DNA of 64,000 nt from a virus (lineage: Duplodnaviria > Caudoviricetes). The position numbers and the translations under genes were made by a program. This document shows positions 28,502 through 39,900 of this stretch, piece after piece; positions within the stretch are counted from its first letter, which is position 1, and each line of letters begins with the position of its first letter. Below the pieces are notes generated by a model. It made no database searches. It saw only the letters and a program-made list of their open reading frames with translations, and was not told where the DNA came from. The DNA is taken from positions 96,001-160,000 of the IMG/VR virus record IMGVR_UViG_3300033121_000493. One strand, 5' to 3'.

Positions 28502-29033
28502 TGTGTGACGGCGCAGTGTCCCAGACCAGCTTAGCGGGTAGGCCGGGAACTATGTTTAGCTTGCCCTTATTGCCAACGGGCAAAAATACCTGCACACGCG
28601 CCGGTAGCGCGCTAGAGGTGAGAATGAGATCCTCACCTATGTCCTCAACGTCGATGATCCTCGAATGGGTAAACCAAACAAGGTTTTTATTGGCGCTATA
28701 AAAACCTAGAGTACTGACATACCCTGCAAAGGCATCCCAGGCCTCTAGGTTTATAGCTTCCACATAGCGTCCCCAATTGTACACGCCGCTGATCACCGTT
28801 TTGCGGTAATCAATTATGACGCGATCCTGTATGCCTGCTTCCAGTTCAAACTGATCTGGAATGCTGTAGGCAATACCGGCGTGTACGTACAGGGGAGCTA
28901 AAGAAAACATCGCATATTGTCCAACTACTTCTCGTACTGACGCTGGTCGAATTGTTTTGATTTCACGACGTTGTGCACGTCGAGTATCGTGGATTTCACG
29001 CGACCAAGTGTCATCAGAGTTTCGTATAAACAC
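28443..29033 (-). CDS. Hypothetical protein
   Basis: 196-aa ORF. Confidence 0.7.
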   Translation of the reverse strand: MFIRNSDDTWSREIHDTRRAQRREIKTIRPASVREVVGQYAMFSLAPLYVHAGIAYSIPDQFELEAGIQDRVIIDYRKTVISGVYNWGRYVEAINLEAWDAFAGYVSTLGFYSANKNLVWFTHSRIIDVEDIGEDLILTSSALPARVQVFLPVGNKGKLNIVPGLPAKLVWDTAPSHIVDCAQKILTSRGRIDRAF

Positions 29034-29091
29034 GATGTTAGTTCCTGACTAATATCAAGTACATCTTATAGTAACACAATTGTGTCTGAAA

Positions 29092-29661
29092 TTAAGCAGG
29101 AATAACCTGCCCAAATTTTAACACGGCAACGATAATGTCTGTCTCAGACAATGGCTTATTAGATCGTATAAGCCCGGTTAACTTAGCGTAATTAACGAAT
29201 GTGTCAATTGTAGCCTGGGCGTTGCTACCCAGAATCAACGCAAACGGATCTTTCATACACGCTTGTATGCAGTCAAATGAATCGCAATACGGTACAACGC
29301 CTGGCGAAACAGTTACTTTATCTACTAGTAGTGAGTTAACTAAAAGACTCCAGGCGCGGGCCCACTGTTTAGCGTAGAACACAACAGAATCACGGCTGCA
29401 GTTAGTAACAAACTCATACGCGTCTTTGGCGTCTAGAGTCTGTACTTTATCTCCGTTAGCCAGATCTGAAATATGCACACCTGTAACGTTAGCCAGAAGC
29501 GGTGTAGTACCCGCCTCTTCATGAATCTGTTCGGTTCTACGCTCAGTCCAGTCGTTAATAGCCTTATCTGTCTTATAGTTACTGGGCGGTGAGCCTATAG
29601 CAACAATATCTTTATAGAAAGGACGTGGCTCGGATTCTACTGCCAGAATAAACTTGTGCAT
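29092..29661 (-). CDS. Degenerate 3'-5' exonuclease-like protein
   Basis: FILAVESEP ... PPSNYKTDKAINDW ... TPLLANV resembles the phage DIET..PPxNYK exonuclease family, with the first Asp replaced. Confidence 0.4.
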   Translation of the reverse strand: MHKFILAVESEPRPFYKDIVAIGSPPSNYKTDKAINDWTERRTEQIHEEAGTTPLLANVTGVHISDLANGDKVQTLDAKDAYEFVTNCSRDSVVFYAKQWARAWSLLVNSLLVDKVTVSPGVVPYCDSFDCIQACMKDPFALILGSNAQATIDTFVNYAKLTGLIRSNKPLSETDIIVAVLKFGQVIPA

Positions 29662-29673
29662 TTTTACAAACCT

Positions 29674-30210
29674 TTAAGTCACCGCGTTGAAATCAGGAAT
29701 GTACGTTCGTTTTCCATAGTGAGCAATGAGTAACGCGGCAGCTTTGTCCGCGTCACTCTTTCTAGATAAATTCCCGCTCTGTGTCGGGTGCTGTCTGATT
29801 GCTTGGGCTCTATACAATTCTAGTCTTTCATTTCTATCTTTGGGACACTGCTGTAGCATTACGGACTGCCATCGCTTTGAGGACACCAGCAGGTATGGTA
29901 AATTGTTACACGCTAAAACCTGCTGAATGGCCCAAAACGATCCGCCGAAAGTAAATGCGCTTGATACGCCGTCTCTCGGCATGGCGGATACATTTTCTAA
30001 GAATACAAACTTGTTACCGGGTAAGTCACTAATTTTTTTGAAAAGTGATGCCATTTCTGGAAACACGAACGTTGTCTTGTGGCCCGAACTAGTTTTCTTT
30101 TCTTTAATCGTAGGGAACTTTTCAAGTAGTAGTACGTTTAAGTCATTGTCTAAAACGGCAACTGCCCCATTCACACCTGGGTCTATGCCTATCCATATGT
30201 CAATTCCCAC
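29674..30210 (-). CDS. ruvC: RuvC-like Holliday junction resolvase
   Basis: IGIDPGVNGAVA, FLENVSAMP, GVSSAFTFG, KRWQ, DADKAAALLIA. Confidence 0.88.
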   Translation of the reverse strand: MGIDIWIGIDPGVNGAVAVLDNDLNVLLLEKFPTIKEKKTSSGHKTTFVFPEMASLFKKISDLPGNKFVFLENVSAMPRDGVSSAFTFGGSFWAIQQVLACNNLPYLLVSSKRWQSVMLQQCPKDRNERLELYRAQAIRQHPTQSGNLSRKSDADKAAALLIAHYGKRTYIPDFNAVT

Positions 30211-30958
30211 AAATTCTATTCCTTATGTTTTGGTATACAATATGCGTCATGTAACAATCGTTAGCTGCGTCGTGTGCTGTAATGATGCGGTCTGTACTAT
30301 CACTACACGCGTCTTTGTACGCCGCAGCTAAATTCCAAAAAACACCTTTAGCCCGTATCTCACGAACACGTAACGACCACTCGTAAATGGACTCATATTC
30401 ATATGGTGTGGCTTTGATTTTGATTGCTTTAACAAACGCACCAGTATCAAACCAACGAGATACGTCAAACGTAAATTTATCAGCATACTTGAGAAAAGCA
30501 ACTTCTAAAAATGGTAAATCAAACTGTATGGCGTTATGCCCTAGCATAATAGACGTTTTATCTAATGCCAGCGTGTGCCTAATCAAACTGATTATAGAAT
30601 TCAGCGCAGCTTGTCTAGGCTGCCCCAAGGCGCGCACGTCGGCAGATTTAACATAATCAGTTTCACCATTAGCTATTTTATTCCTAACGTACGATGAATT
30701 GTCATACGCGTCTAATATATCATCGTCTGTTTGTATGAAGATGGAATTATTAAACGCCACCTCTCCATTGATACAAGACAAGAATCCTACCTGCAGAATC
30801 TCGTCTTCTGAGGGGCTAACGCCTGTTGTCTCTATGTCAAGCACCGTATACGTATTTGGCAAACAGTCCATGCCGTGACGGTACAGGTGTTCTTTAAACT
30901 TTGAGTCAAAACCGGCGTCATCGAGCTCTCTATCTAAAATTAGCGTAGGACTACTCAT
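30200..30958 (-). CDS. DEDDh 3'-5' exonuclease (DNA Pol III epsilon-like)
   Basis: LDIETTG, GHNAIQFD, DT, AHDAAND. Confidence 0.9.
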   Translation of the reverse strand: MSSPTLILDRELDDAGFDSKFKEHLYRHGMDCLPNTYTVLDIETTGVSPSEDEILQVGFLSCINGEVAFNNSIFIQTDDDILDAYDNSSYVRNKIANGETDYVKSADVRALGQPRQAALNSIISLIRHTLALDKTSIMLGHNAIQFDLPFLEVAFLKYADKFTFDVSRWFDTGAFVKAIKIKATPYEYESIYEWSLRVREIRAKGVFWNLAAAYKDACSDSTDRIITAHDAANDCYMTHIVYQNIRNRICGN

Positions 30959-31835
30959 GACCTTTTAGTATCCTAACAAACTTGTCACAGTCTATGTCTA
31001 GCGCGGATGTCGCCGCTGGTGATATAACAAGACTAGACCAACAGTCTAAATACGACCGTACAAACAAATCAACAAACGCCGCACAAAACTCAAGCTGTAA
31101 TTGGCTGTTCGTGTTTGTGAACATATCGACAGCCGTTGAGTTTGGAACTCTATTTGCTATATCAAAACAAAGCGGCTCTAGGCTAGCCGCTAGTGTGGCC
31201 AATTGACTCAACTTATCTGGCGTAGATAAGAAGTTGTTGCTAGATAACATTTGCTTTTGCAGCCGGTCGATTACAGTACCAACTATTTTTGGTACAAACA
31301 CCGATATGTCTCTAGCTGGGTGAACGCGAGTCGTCGTAGCCTCGAAAGGGAAAAGCTCTTCAGTGTTAGCTGCAGTATGTTCTATTGATGCCGACGCTTT
31401 AACGTGATGCAACTGCCGCAGTAGCCTACGTATTGTGGGAAGATTAGGATCTTCGGAATGCTTATTAAGGCTAAGCGTGTAAGTTTCAGCAAACTTGTGT
31501 AATAGTGTTATCGTAATAGCCATATCGACAACGTCAGCCGCCGATGTTCTATTATTGCAGTATAAGTCCCAAACATCGTAAGGCGGGTTCTTAGATCCAG
31601 CCGTTTTTATGAACTCAGCGTAGAATTTTACTACGCGCTTTATCTGCTCGTACAGATCGTCGCCACTTTGTTCGCAAATCTGTACAAGAAAATTGATAGG
31701 TTTATTAGCATCTTTATATATCATATCACCAAGGGCGTGAAACGTTGACGACAGAGCGTTTGGAAAAATTACGGTTAAGTCACGCTCAACCATCCACCAT
31801 CGTTTGTCGCCGTCAGGTTGTCGTATTCGCAGCAT
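30951..31835 (-). CDS. Hypothetical protein
   Basis: 294-aa ORF. Confidence 0.75.
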   Translation of the reverse strand: MLRIRQPDGDKRWWMVERDLTVIFPNALSSTFHALGDMIYKDANKPINFLVQICEQSGDDLYEQIKRVVKFYAEFIKTAGSKNPPYDVWDLYCNNRTSAADVVDMAITITLLHKFAETYTLSLNKHSEDPNLPTIRRLLRQLHHVKASASIEHTAANTEELFPFEATTTRVHPARDISVFVPKIVGTVIDRLQKQMLSSNNFLSTPDKLSQLATLAASLEPLCFDIANRVPNSTAVDMFTNTNSQLQLEFCAAFVDLFVRSYLDCWSSLVISPAATSALDIDCDKFVRILKGHE

Positions 31836-32715
31836 TTGTAGTCCCTATGCACGGATGCCGTCTTCTACACGCCACGCAAAAGCCACCATCGTGTGGTGTT
31901 TGCTTATCGCAAACTTTACACGATCTTACAGTAAGTGAAACGAGCCTACAAGCGCGAGATATGGGTGTCTTTACCGGACAGTCATTCTCGCCTAGTGGGC
32001 ATTTGTTACACGGAAATTTAAAACCTTTAGGGCACGGGTCATAACGTAAGCGTATTAACGTTTGATTACGGTTCTTAAACTGTCCAATAGCAAATCTATC
32101 TATGTCCACAGCTTTAGCGTCAGTCTTAGACTTTACTAAAACAGCTAGTAGCCGCATACCGTACAAGTCATTTGGCGCTGTGTACTTATACTTGGAGCTA
32201 GGCTGTAGTATGCCAATATCTTTGGCCATAACAAACAGAAATTTGCTAGAAAACCACTTCTCAAAAACTACTGGGCAAGCCTCACCGGCTATGACCTTGA
32301 ATGTAACAATGAAGCCGAGTTTAGGCTCTTTGTGGCGAGACCAGCCAACTTTAACATGGACTATCTGTAGCGGCGCAAGTATTGGCTTAACCAAACCTTG
32401 CCACGGCGGTATAACTTCATTTAACCGAAAATTGTCTAAGTTTGCAGCTATGCGCCAACACACAAACTCAAACAATTTCTGATTTATAGGCTCTGTAAAT
32501 AGAGACGATATTGACGATAGCATAACCGGCAAAGACGGTCTAACTGTAAGCAAGTCTAAAAAGTCATTTGCCAACTCTATTTGTCGTTTAACATCGTTAC
32601 GTAAATCTTCATTATCCCATTTATGCAGTAATCCAAAAACACCGCTATCGGTGCCGTGTAGCAAACGATTGGCTACCCTGGTAACTGTTGCAACATCGAA
32701 TCGTTTATTTAGCAT
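31813..32715 (-). CDS. Hypothetical protein with a Cys-rich C-terminus
   Basis: 300 aa; CP..CNKC..CP..C..CKVC..CVAC. Confidence 0.75.
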   Translation of the reverse strand: MLNKRFDVATVTRVANRLLHGTDSGVFGLLHKWDNEDLRNDVKRQIELANDFLDLLTVRPSLPVMLSSISSLFTEPINQKLFEFVCWRIAANLDNFRLNEVIPPWQGLVKPILAPLQIVHVKVGWSRHKEPKLGFIVTFKVIAGEACPVVFEKWFSSKFLFVMAKDIGILQPSSKYKYTAPNDLYGMRLLAVLVKSKTDAKAVDIDRFAIGQFKNRNQTLIRLRYDPCPKGFKFPCNKCPLGENDCPVKTPISRACRLVSLTVRSCKVCDKQTPHDGGFCVACRRRHPCIGTTNAANTTT

Positions 32716-32748
32716 AAAAAGTACGACGGGCTAGTTACCCGTCGTACT
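32716..32748 (-). terminator. Intrinsic terminator after nrdJ
   Basis: AGTACGACGGG-7 nt-CCCGTCGTACT followed by a T run. Confidence 0.75.
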
Positions 32749-32768
32749 CCTATTAAAAGTCGTAATGT

Positions 32769-35700
32769 CTAGCAAGACGACTGTCCACAACTGTAGCACT
32801 TTTTACAACCCTCTGCTATCACTAGCGTGCCGCGACAATTAGGCGACGGACACGGCGTAGATAGCATGTCTACGGCGTTGATCTTTCTTGAAAGATCTTT
32901 AACTACACTAGTAGGCGCTGTACTACTCGGCGACGAACAATTGTTGCCGTCACTAGCGGATAGACCTAATCCACTCCACGGCATACACGTAATAAGTCCA
33001 TCTGAATTGCGACAATCTATTGTCGCCGCGTAGTAGGCTAGTAAGCCAGCAGCTATTTCATTAGGAAGACTAGTAGTAAGCCCATTAACGTTATGCTTCT
33101 CGCCTAAAGACTTACCACCGCTCAACTGATCAATTATCACTTCTAGTCCTGCGCCAGTCTGAAGCAACTTGCTACACAAACGAGCAACGGCGTCTAGCAT
33201 GGCGTTCAACGGATCGCCACTGCGCCCAATCTCAAAGAATACCTGGCACTCTCGCCAAGTACCGTCTGGCAAGCTTTCAAACGAAACGTTGATATGCATA
33301 GTACCGTAAGTACACTTATGCTTGTAGTACAAACCAGGCATAAGCGTCGGCATGGTAGATAGCTTTTTATTAGTAATAGGTGGTACCTCTTCTTTATCCT
33401 TTGCCGCTTGCTTGAGCGCCATAGGCTGCCCGGCCCTACAATTATCGCGGTACACCGTCACGCCTTTGCACCGCAAATTGTAAGCAGTGATATAAGCGGT
33501 ACGTACATCATCAAGTGACGCCGACTCGGGTAGATTGATCGTCTTAGAAATAGCACTAGTCACATGCTCCTGGAAAGCAGCCTGCATCTTAATATGATCT
33601 TCAGGAGATATATCTCTAGCTGACCGCAGAATGTTCTTGATGTTGTCAGGAATGTCAGGACAGCCCTGTACCGTACCATTCGTAGCTACGTACTCATACA
33701 CTTCTGGCTTATCAAAACCATATAGCTTAGCGAGCGCTTTAAAGTTCTTGTTAACTTCAACCAGTTTCTTATCACCAAGAACATAACGATAGAACGCAAA
33801 ACTAAACAACGGCTCAATACCACCAGAACAATCAGCGATAATGCTGATAGTACCAGTAGGAGCAACCGTCGTGACGCACGCGTTACGAATAGGCGCACCG
33901 TTAAGGCGTTTTGGCCAAACACTCTTATCGTAGTTAGGGAACGCTCCACGCTCCTTCGCTAGATTGATACTGGCGTTAACAGCTCGGTTGTTGATAAACG
34001 ACATCAAGTTACGACCGAACTCAATACCTTCTGGCGAGTCATAACGAATGCCTAGCTGCACCAGCATGTCAGCAAAGCCCATAATACCCAAACCGATTCG
34101 TCGATTAGCGTCGTTAGCGGCGACAATTTCCTTTACAGGGTGATTGTTTACGGTAACAACATTATCTAGGAATCTAACAACCATATCGACGTCGTCACCA
34201 AGTGCGACCATGTCAACGTCGTCAAACGATCCCTGTTCGGTGATTCTATCGGTAATTGGCTTAACGTACTTAGCAAGGTTTATTGATGCTAGGTTGCAAC
34301 TTTCCCACGGGCCAAGTGGCTGCTCCCCGCAAGGATTTGTGGCCTGAATCGGCATAACATCTGGTAGCGCCTCAGTCTCTCGTACGCGAGAAATAAAGAA
34401 CAAACCAGGCTCACCAGTCTGCCACGCATTCTTAAGAATGATATCAAATATATCACCAACGCTTAAGCAATCGCTGATATCTGTAGTTGTGTCAGGCACT
34501 AAGTCGCTAAGCTGATAGCAAGTATCAAGCGTGCGTGGATGCACCTTACCGGAGATACCATCCGCTACCGCAGTCTTACATTTATCAACAATAGCACGAG
34601 GAATATACCAATTCTTATCCTTCCAGCTAACAACGTGTAGAGCAGCAGGATTTTCTTTCAACTGCTCCATAAAGCTATCTGGAACTTTGACTGAGATATT
34701 GTAATTCTCAAATTGCTTGAGGTCTTGCTTAGCAAATAGGAACTTAACTATATCTGGGTGGTGGACCGACATGACAGCCATGTTGGCTCCACGTCTAAAG
34801 CTTCCTTGCTGAATAGCACTGGTTGCCTCGCTGAACACACGCCAAAAAGACAATGGACCACTGGACTTTCCACCAGAGCTAGCCACGTATTGTCCGCATG
34901 GGCGTAGCTCGTCAAATGCGTAACCTGTGTTATGTACAATAGCCGGTAGGCCGCCACAGACAACAACATAACGAGAAAACTCACTAACAGTCAGATCATA
35001 CAAATCTGTGGCTACATCAGACGTCACCTCTTTGACAGATATAGCGTTAGCCAAATGCGATATAGCACTATCGTCAAGATTATCAGCAATGCTACTAAGA
35101 TTACGCCGTGAAGTAGACTTAGTCTGCGAATATACTAATGACTGTACATCAGGACCGCTACCCAAAGTTCCTCGGGTATCGCTACGCGTACTATCAAATT
35201 TTCCACTAGCCAAAATCTTATCGCGTACCCAGTCAGGCGTCTGGACCACACGGCTATCTGGAGACGCTAACCAATTTACTAGTCTATCTTTACGAAATTT
35301 CCTGTTTAACAAAGCTGGCAGCCAGGGTACATCGTGTGCCGCAAACGTAACTTCATAGCAATTACGTGTACCACGTTTACCCGGCAAACGCTCGCGCAGA
35401 CGTGTAGGACAGCCAAGAACACCAAGAACACCTTGTACACGCTCACACAGCTCGCGATGGACGGACGAAATAGAAACTCTCGGTCTGCTAGCTTCAACAT
35501 GTCCATCACTGTCTATTAGACCAGCGATGTAACTAGCCGCCTCATGTAACGAGGCTGGATTAAAACCAGGTATATCATTCTTAGCGCCAACACCAATCCA
35601 CTGTTTAGCTTCGGCTATTAGACTTTTATCTAATACCGTTAATTCATACACAGTTGCACCCGAAGCGTGAACAGAATATGGCTTACCACACAAATTAAAC

Positions 35701-36566
35701 ACGTAATCTTTAACAACATTTAACGTTGCTTCGTCGCCAGAAAAAATGCGCAGCCTGTCTGGACGACCATTCTTACCCTCTGATACTAGACCATCGCCTA
35801 CAATCACACCTGCAAGATACGCACGCTGGTCTAATTCTATCTGATTCGTGTACGGGGTGGGCCGGACAAGCGCCGTACCAGCTCCTGTGTCTTCAGCCGG
35901 TACAAATGACGGCCCGTCTTTACCTACAACAAAACACGGATGCTCTTTACTGGCTGTTAGTGTGCCATATGAGGTAGCAATATTGCGCGTCTTTTTATCA
36001 ACAAATCGCCAAACACGCGTAACTGGTCTAAAGCAAATTTTACCGAAATTATCGGCGGTTAGAACTTCTATATCCTTAACGTCTACGAAAACGCCATCTA
36101 CGTCCGGACGCGGCAAAATAGCACAAAGATCTGCAATGCGGGTAAGACCCTTACCACGCACAAATACTTGAGCATCACCGGCCACACATCCACCGCCTGC
36201 GCGTTGGACTAGCCCTGTCGCCTTAACAGAATCAAAGATGTTGTCTATAGAATCGCCAACAGGCAACACATAACACGCGCTAAGCAGATTGTTATTTCTA
36301 CCAGCGTTCATGAGAGTAGGCGAGTTGGGCATAAATCTGCCCTCAAGCATACCATTAAGGAACCGCTGGTACCACAGCTCCTCATCAGCGTCATTCTGTT
36401 CGGCTGACGCTACGTAGCGCGCTACGCGCGAGAAAAGCCCAAACGGCTCTTCTGTTAAAACGCCATCTTTTCTATTAAGATACCTGTCTTTAAGAACAAC
36501 CAACGCATTTTCTGTCAGCATAGGGACAGCAGGATCTACCACTACCTCAGTAGCAACTTGAGACAT
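32769..36566 (-). CDS. nrdJ: Class II (adenosylcobalamin-dependent) ribonucleotide reductase with intein
   Basis: FMPNSPTLMNAG, SAC, RRGANM, TNPCGEQPL, APTGTISII, KGVTVYRD, C-terminal TSCPD-like domain and EGCKKCYSCG. Confidence 0.95.
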   Translation of the reverse strand: MSQVATEVVVDPAVPMLTENALVVLKDRYLNRKDGVLTEEPFGLFSRVARYVASAEQNDADEELWYQRFLNGMLEGRFMPNSPTLMNAGRNNNLLSACYVLPVGDSIDNIFDSVKATGLVQRAGGGCVAGDAQVFVRGKGLTRIADLCAILPRPDVDGVFVDVKDIEVLTADNFGKICFRPVTRVWRFVDKKTRNIATSYGTLTASKEHPCFVVGKDGPSFVPAEDTGAGTALVRPTPYTNQIELDQRAYLAGVIVGDGLVSEGKNGRPDRLRIFSGDEATLNVVKDYVFNLCGKPYSVHASGATVYELTVLDKSLIAEAKQWIGVGAKNDIPGFNPASLHEAASYIAGLIDSDGHVEASRPRVSISSVHRELCERVQGVLGVLGCPTRLRERLPGKRGTRNCYEVTFAAHDVPWLPALLNRKFRKDRLVNWLASPDSRVVQTPDWVRDKILASGKFDSTRSDTRGTLGSGPDVQSLVYSQTKSTSRRNLSSIADNLDDSAISHLANAISVKEVTSDVATDLYDLTVSEFSRYVVVCGGLPAIVHNTGYAFDELRPCGQYVASSGGKSSGPLSFWRVFSEATSAIQQGSFRRGANMAVMSVHHPDIVKFLFAKQDLKQFENYNISVKVPDSFMEQLKENPAALHVVSWKDKNWYIPRAIVDKCKTAVADGISGKVHPRTLDTCYQLSDLVPDTTTDISDCLSVGDIFDIILKNAWQTGEPGLFFISRVRETEALPDVMPIQATNPCGEQPLGPWESCNLASINLAKYVKPITDRITEQGSFDDVDMVALGDDVDMVVRFLDNVVTVNNHPVKEIVAANDANRRIGLGIMGFADMLVQLGIRYDSPEGIEFGRNLMSFINNRAVNASINLAKERGAFPNYDKSVWPKRLNGAPIRNACVTTVAPTGTISIIADCSGGIEPLFSFAFYRYVLGDKKLVEVNKNFKALAKLYGFDKPEVYEYVATNGTVQGCPDIPDNIKNILRSARDISPEDHIKMQAAFQEHVTSAISKTINLPESASLDDVRTAYITAYNLRCKGVTVYRDNCRAGQPMALKQAAKDKEEVPPITNKKLSTMPTLMPGLYYKHKCTYGTMHINVSFESLPDGTWRECQVFFEIGRSGDPLNAMLDAVARLCSKLLQTGAGLEVIIDQLSGGKSLGEKHNVNGLTTSLPNEIAAGLLAYYAATIDCRNSDGLITCMPWSGLGLSASDGNNCSSPSSTAPTSVVKDLSRKINAVDMLSTPCPSPNCRGTLVIAEGCKKCYSCGQSSC
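34929..36188 (-). mobile_element. Intein (420 aa) with LAGLIDADG homing endonuclease in NrdJ
   Basis: AGGG|CVAGD ... IVHN|TGY; block B ASKEHP; LAGVIVGDG and IAGLIDSDG. Confidence 0.93.
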
Positions 36567-36586
36567 TTTTTACTCCAACTGGCTAA

Positions 36587-36871
36587 TTATGAATAAGTTT
36601 GTTGCGTTAAATCGCGTTTATTGATTACAGCAAAAACAGATACCGCAAACGAGTAAGTACAGTCATCGACTTGTGCCTCTGTAATAGTAGACACTGGCGA
36701 GGAAATTACGGCGTGGCTGTCAAGGGCCAGAAAATCATTAATCTGACTCGATATAGGTCTACTAACCAAAAAATTGGCAGTTTCGTTTAGCAACGAGCCT
36801 TTTACAGGCCGTGAAATGCGTTTTTCCGAAAACCGTACTACACGAATGCCACAAAGTTTCTGCTGTGTCAT
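36587..36871 (-). CDS. Hypothetical protein
   Basis: 94 aa, GAGGA RBS. Confidence 0.65.
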   Translation of the reverse strand: MTQQKLCGIRVVRFSEKRISRPVKGSLLNETANFLVSRPISSQINDFLALDSHAVISSPVSTITEAQVDDCTYSFAVSVFAVINKRDLTQQTYS

Positions 36872-36901
36872 ACAACTTTCCTCGTTATTAGCGGTGCGGC
36901 A

Positions 36902-36910
36902 TTATAGCAA
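36902..36910 (-). promoter_or_regulatory. Possible extended -10 promoter (TGCTATAAT) upstream of the nrdJ unit
   Basis: TGnTATAAT in the gap between 36871 and 36923; boundaries approximate. Confidence 0.4.
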
Positions 36911-36922
36911 AAACGACTCAAG

Positions 36923-39900
36923 CTACAAAGCCACGAGATAGGTATCGTCGGCGATTGTGAACGGTCCACTTAATCCATACGTCACAAAATTGAAAAGAAA
37001 GCCACACAACTTGCACTCTATGTACTTATTCGCGTGCGCGGTACTAACAATTAATTTAGAGTTTTTACAAAACGGGCAACCGTTCGTAATAACGTCATCG
37101 ACTATAACGTATTTGTTTATGTCTGGTAGGTATATGCATAGAGACAGGTCTTTAAGCATAGCTGCTTCTTTTCTAATGGACATATCGCTGTCTCGCATAT
37201 CTGGAACATAAAGCGTACGTTAAAATATTGTTCGGTAACGTGAAAGTGAATAACAAAAAATCAGCGGGATACATATCCTTGGCGGTTACCAACACTACAG
37301 AAAAACCACAGGTAGAACATTCAAAATCAACGAATTCCCTAACGCGTATGAGGTCACAGTTAATGTCTAGTGTCCATGACTTACTCTTTTTAAGCGATAT
37401 ACTACCGCGGCATAGCCAACATTCCGTAGCTAGACACAGATCTTCGATTTTGATAGCTAGCTGGATAGAGGCTTCATCTATGGTTAGTATGTTGTTTACA
37501 ACACGACACGTTGCCACTACGGATTGACCTACTCAGCTGAGCAACCGAGAAGATATGGTAAAGTGGTATCGTATATTGATACGATTGCAATATCACGATG
37601 ACCGTAACTGTAACCGTAACTATTGTAGTACATTATAAATACATCAAAATTACACACCGTACAAACAGACTGCCTAGTGGCAGAATATACGAATATCTCC
37701 GTACGCCCACCACATAACGCACATGTCGGGTATTCGTCGTTAATATACGCACGCTTAAATTTATACACACTATCCGAGTACGTAAAGTAGAATGAATCTT
37801 CATCAACCACAAGTCGCCATGTTTTTGAATCAGCAAACCAACCAGGCTCAGAAATATATTTAGCTACTAGTTGCTTCGCTTCAGGTGACACGTGCTATAG
37901 ACTCGTAGGCTAGGAGGTATGGTAAAGTGGTATCGTATAGATCGACGAATAAAATGGCGCTATAGGTAAAGCCACTACAGACAGTACTTCTTTCGCGCCT
38001 ATGTGCTTTAATTACGCTGAAATCACATATATCACAAAGATAGTGAACGCTATTAGGGTACTCTAATGTCGTAACTAGCCCGCCGCAAAGTAGACAGTTT
38101 TGACCCTGCAAGCGGCTAAATTTGTACGTATTACCTAAATACTTAAACCAAAACGATTCCTCGTCAGTATTAAGACAATATGTACTTCCATCTCCAAAAA
38201 TAGGATTAGAGGCATATCTAACTACCAGGCGTGAGCTAGTCGACACGTGTGACATTCTTACACGCTAATAAATACGGTAAAGTTCCTGCAGCAAGCCACA
38301 TTATCTCCATACACCGTATATCTCCTGGGCTCCTGCCGCTCCAGCCAAAATAACAACATTGACACTCCTCATAGTAATAATCAGCTGCTATGTGGCCCAT
38401 CATTGTTTCTAGCCGCGCGTCGCCTCTACATACCGGGCAAGTGGGCCAACCAGAAAATTTGAATTTATATCGATATTCGCCATATATAAACGAAAACTCA
38501 TTGTAGTCTTTATCTAGACGGCTAAGTAAAGAAGTATTCGTAGAGTCATTGTTTACCGAATAAACTGCAATAGTCTCGCTATCCGGTAACATTCGCTGTA
38601 GGCTCGTAGGCTAGGAGGTATGGTAAAGTGGTATCGTATATCTGTACACCAGTAACTTCAAAAACTGGATTAGCATAAGTACCGGCTAGCATCGAAATCC
38701 GGACTACGTACTCAAAGTTACAACAGCTGCATGCTACTACAGCATACAGGGTCGTAGGGTTAAAGCGTAGCTTAGTACCACATAACTGACATTTTTCAAA
38801 TTCTTTAATACGGAACGTATATGCATTTCCTAAGTATTTAAACCAGAATACTTCATGGTTGTCCGTTACTAAACCAGTTGCACCGTTAAATAGTACAAAA
38901 GCACTTGTATAGCTAGCTACTAGTTGCAATGTCCGCAGGCTCGTGCGCTAGAAGATATGGTAAAGTTGATGTCCGTATACACGCTGTTTTTATCTGGTAT
39001 GGCTGTGACCTAGTCGGTGTCGTAAACGCGGTATAGCCTGAAAAGCTAAAACCACAACACGTACAAAAATTATGGTCTACATATTGAAGGTCGCTAACAC
39101 CTGTGTGATCGAGTACACCATTACACACCGGACAGCAGTCAGTAGGCGGTTTAAACTTATAGCCGTATACCATGTAGTAGAACCAAAAACAGCCGTTATC
39201 CGCAATAAAAAGTTTCCCCCAGCCCGGATACGGCAAACACTTATCAGTATGCGGGATATCGCGCAGGGTAGCATACTGCGCAACAATAGCAGAAGAAGAT
39301 AAGCAGTCGTTCACGGTGTGCTCTCAAGACCAAGAAGATACGGAAGAGCTTCAGGAGCTAGTATCAACGTCAATAAATAGGTTTCCTTTATAGCCCAGTA
39401 AGCAGTTTTACATACTGTACACCTCACAGAAAACTCACCTGTGAATATTGGACTAATTTGGCTTAATGTATCACCTTTACATATAGGACAGTGATTACGT
39501 GGTAAAAAATTCTTGTTAATAGTGTATTTACGCTGAGCGTACATAAACGATATAGTATCGTCGGTTTGTGCTAAAATTTTAGATTCAAGACTACTAGTAA
39601 AAGCCGCATACCTAACTAGTTCGTCGTAGCGTTGCATTTTTGATTAGCGCACTATAGTGTCATCACATACAGTCTAAACGCGAGCTCGTTATGTAACTTG
39701 ACTGTAAACTTAGGTACATTATTTAGATTATACCCTAATACCGCTATGCCACACGTTGAGCACGCCGCCTCGAAGGTATCAAGAGTATCAAGAACAAAAT
39801 AGCTTACTGGTGTACCGCACATCGCGCATCGGTGATAAAATAACTCTGAACACACATCAAATTTTTTCAATATCTTTTTACCAAAGCGTATAGTCACATG

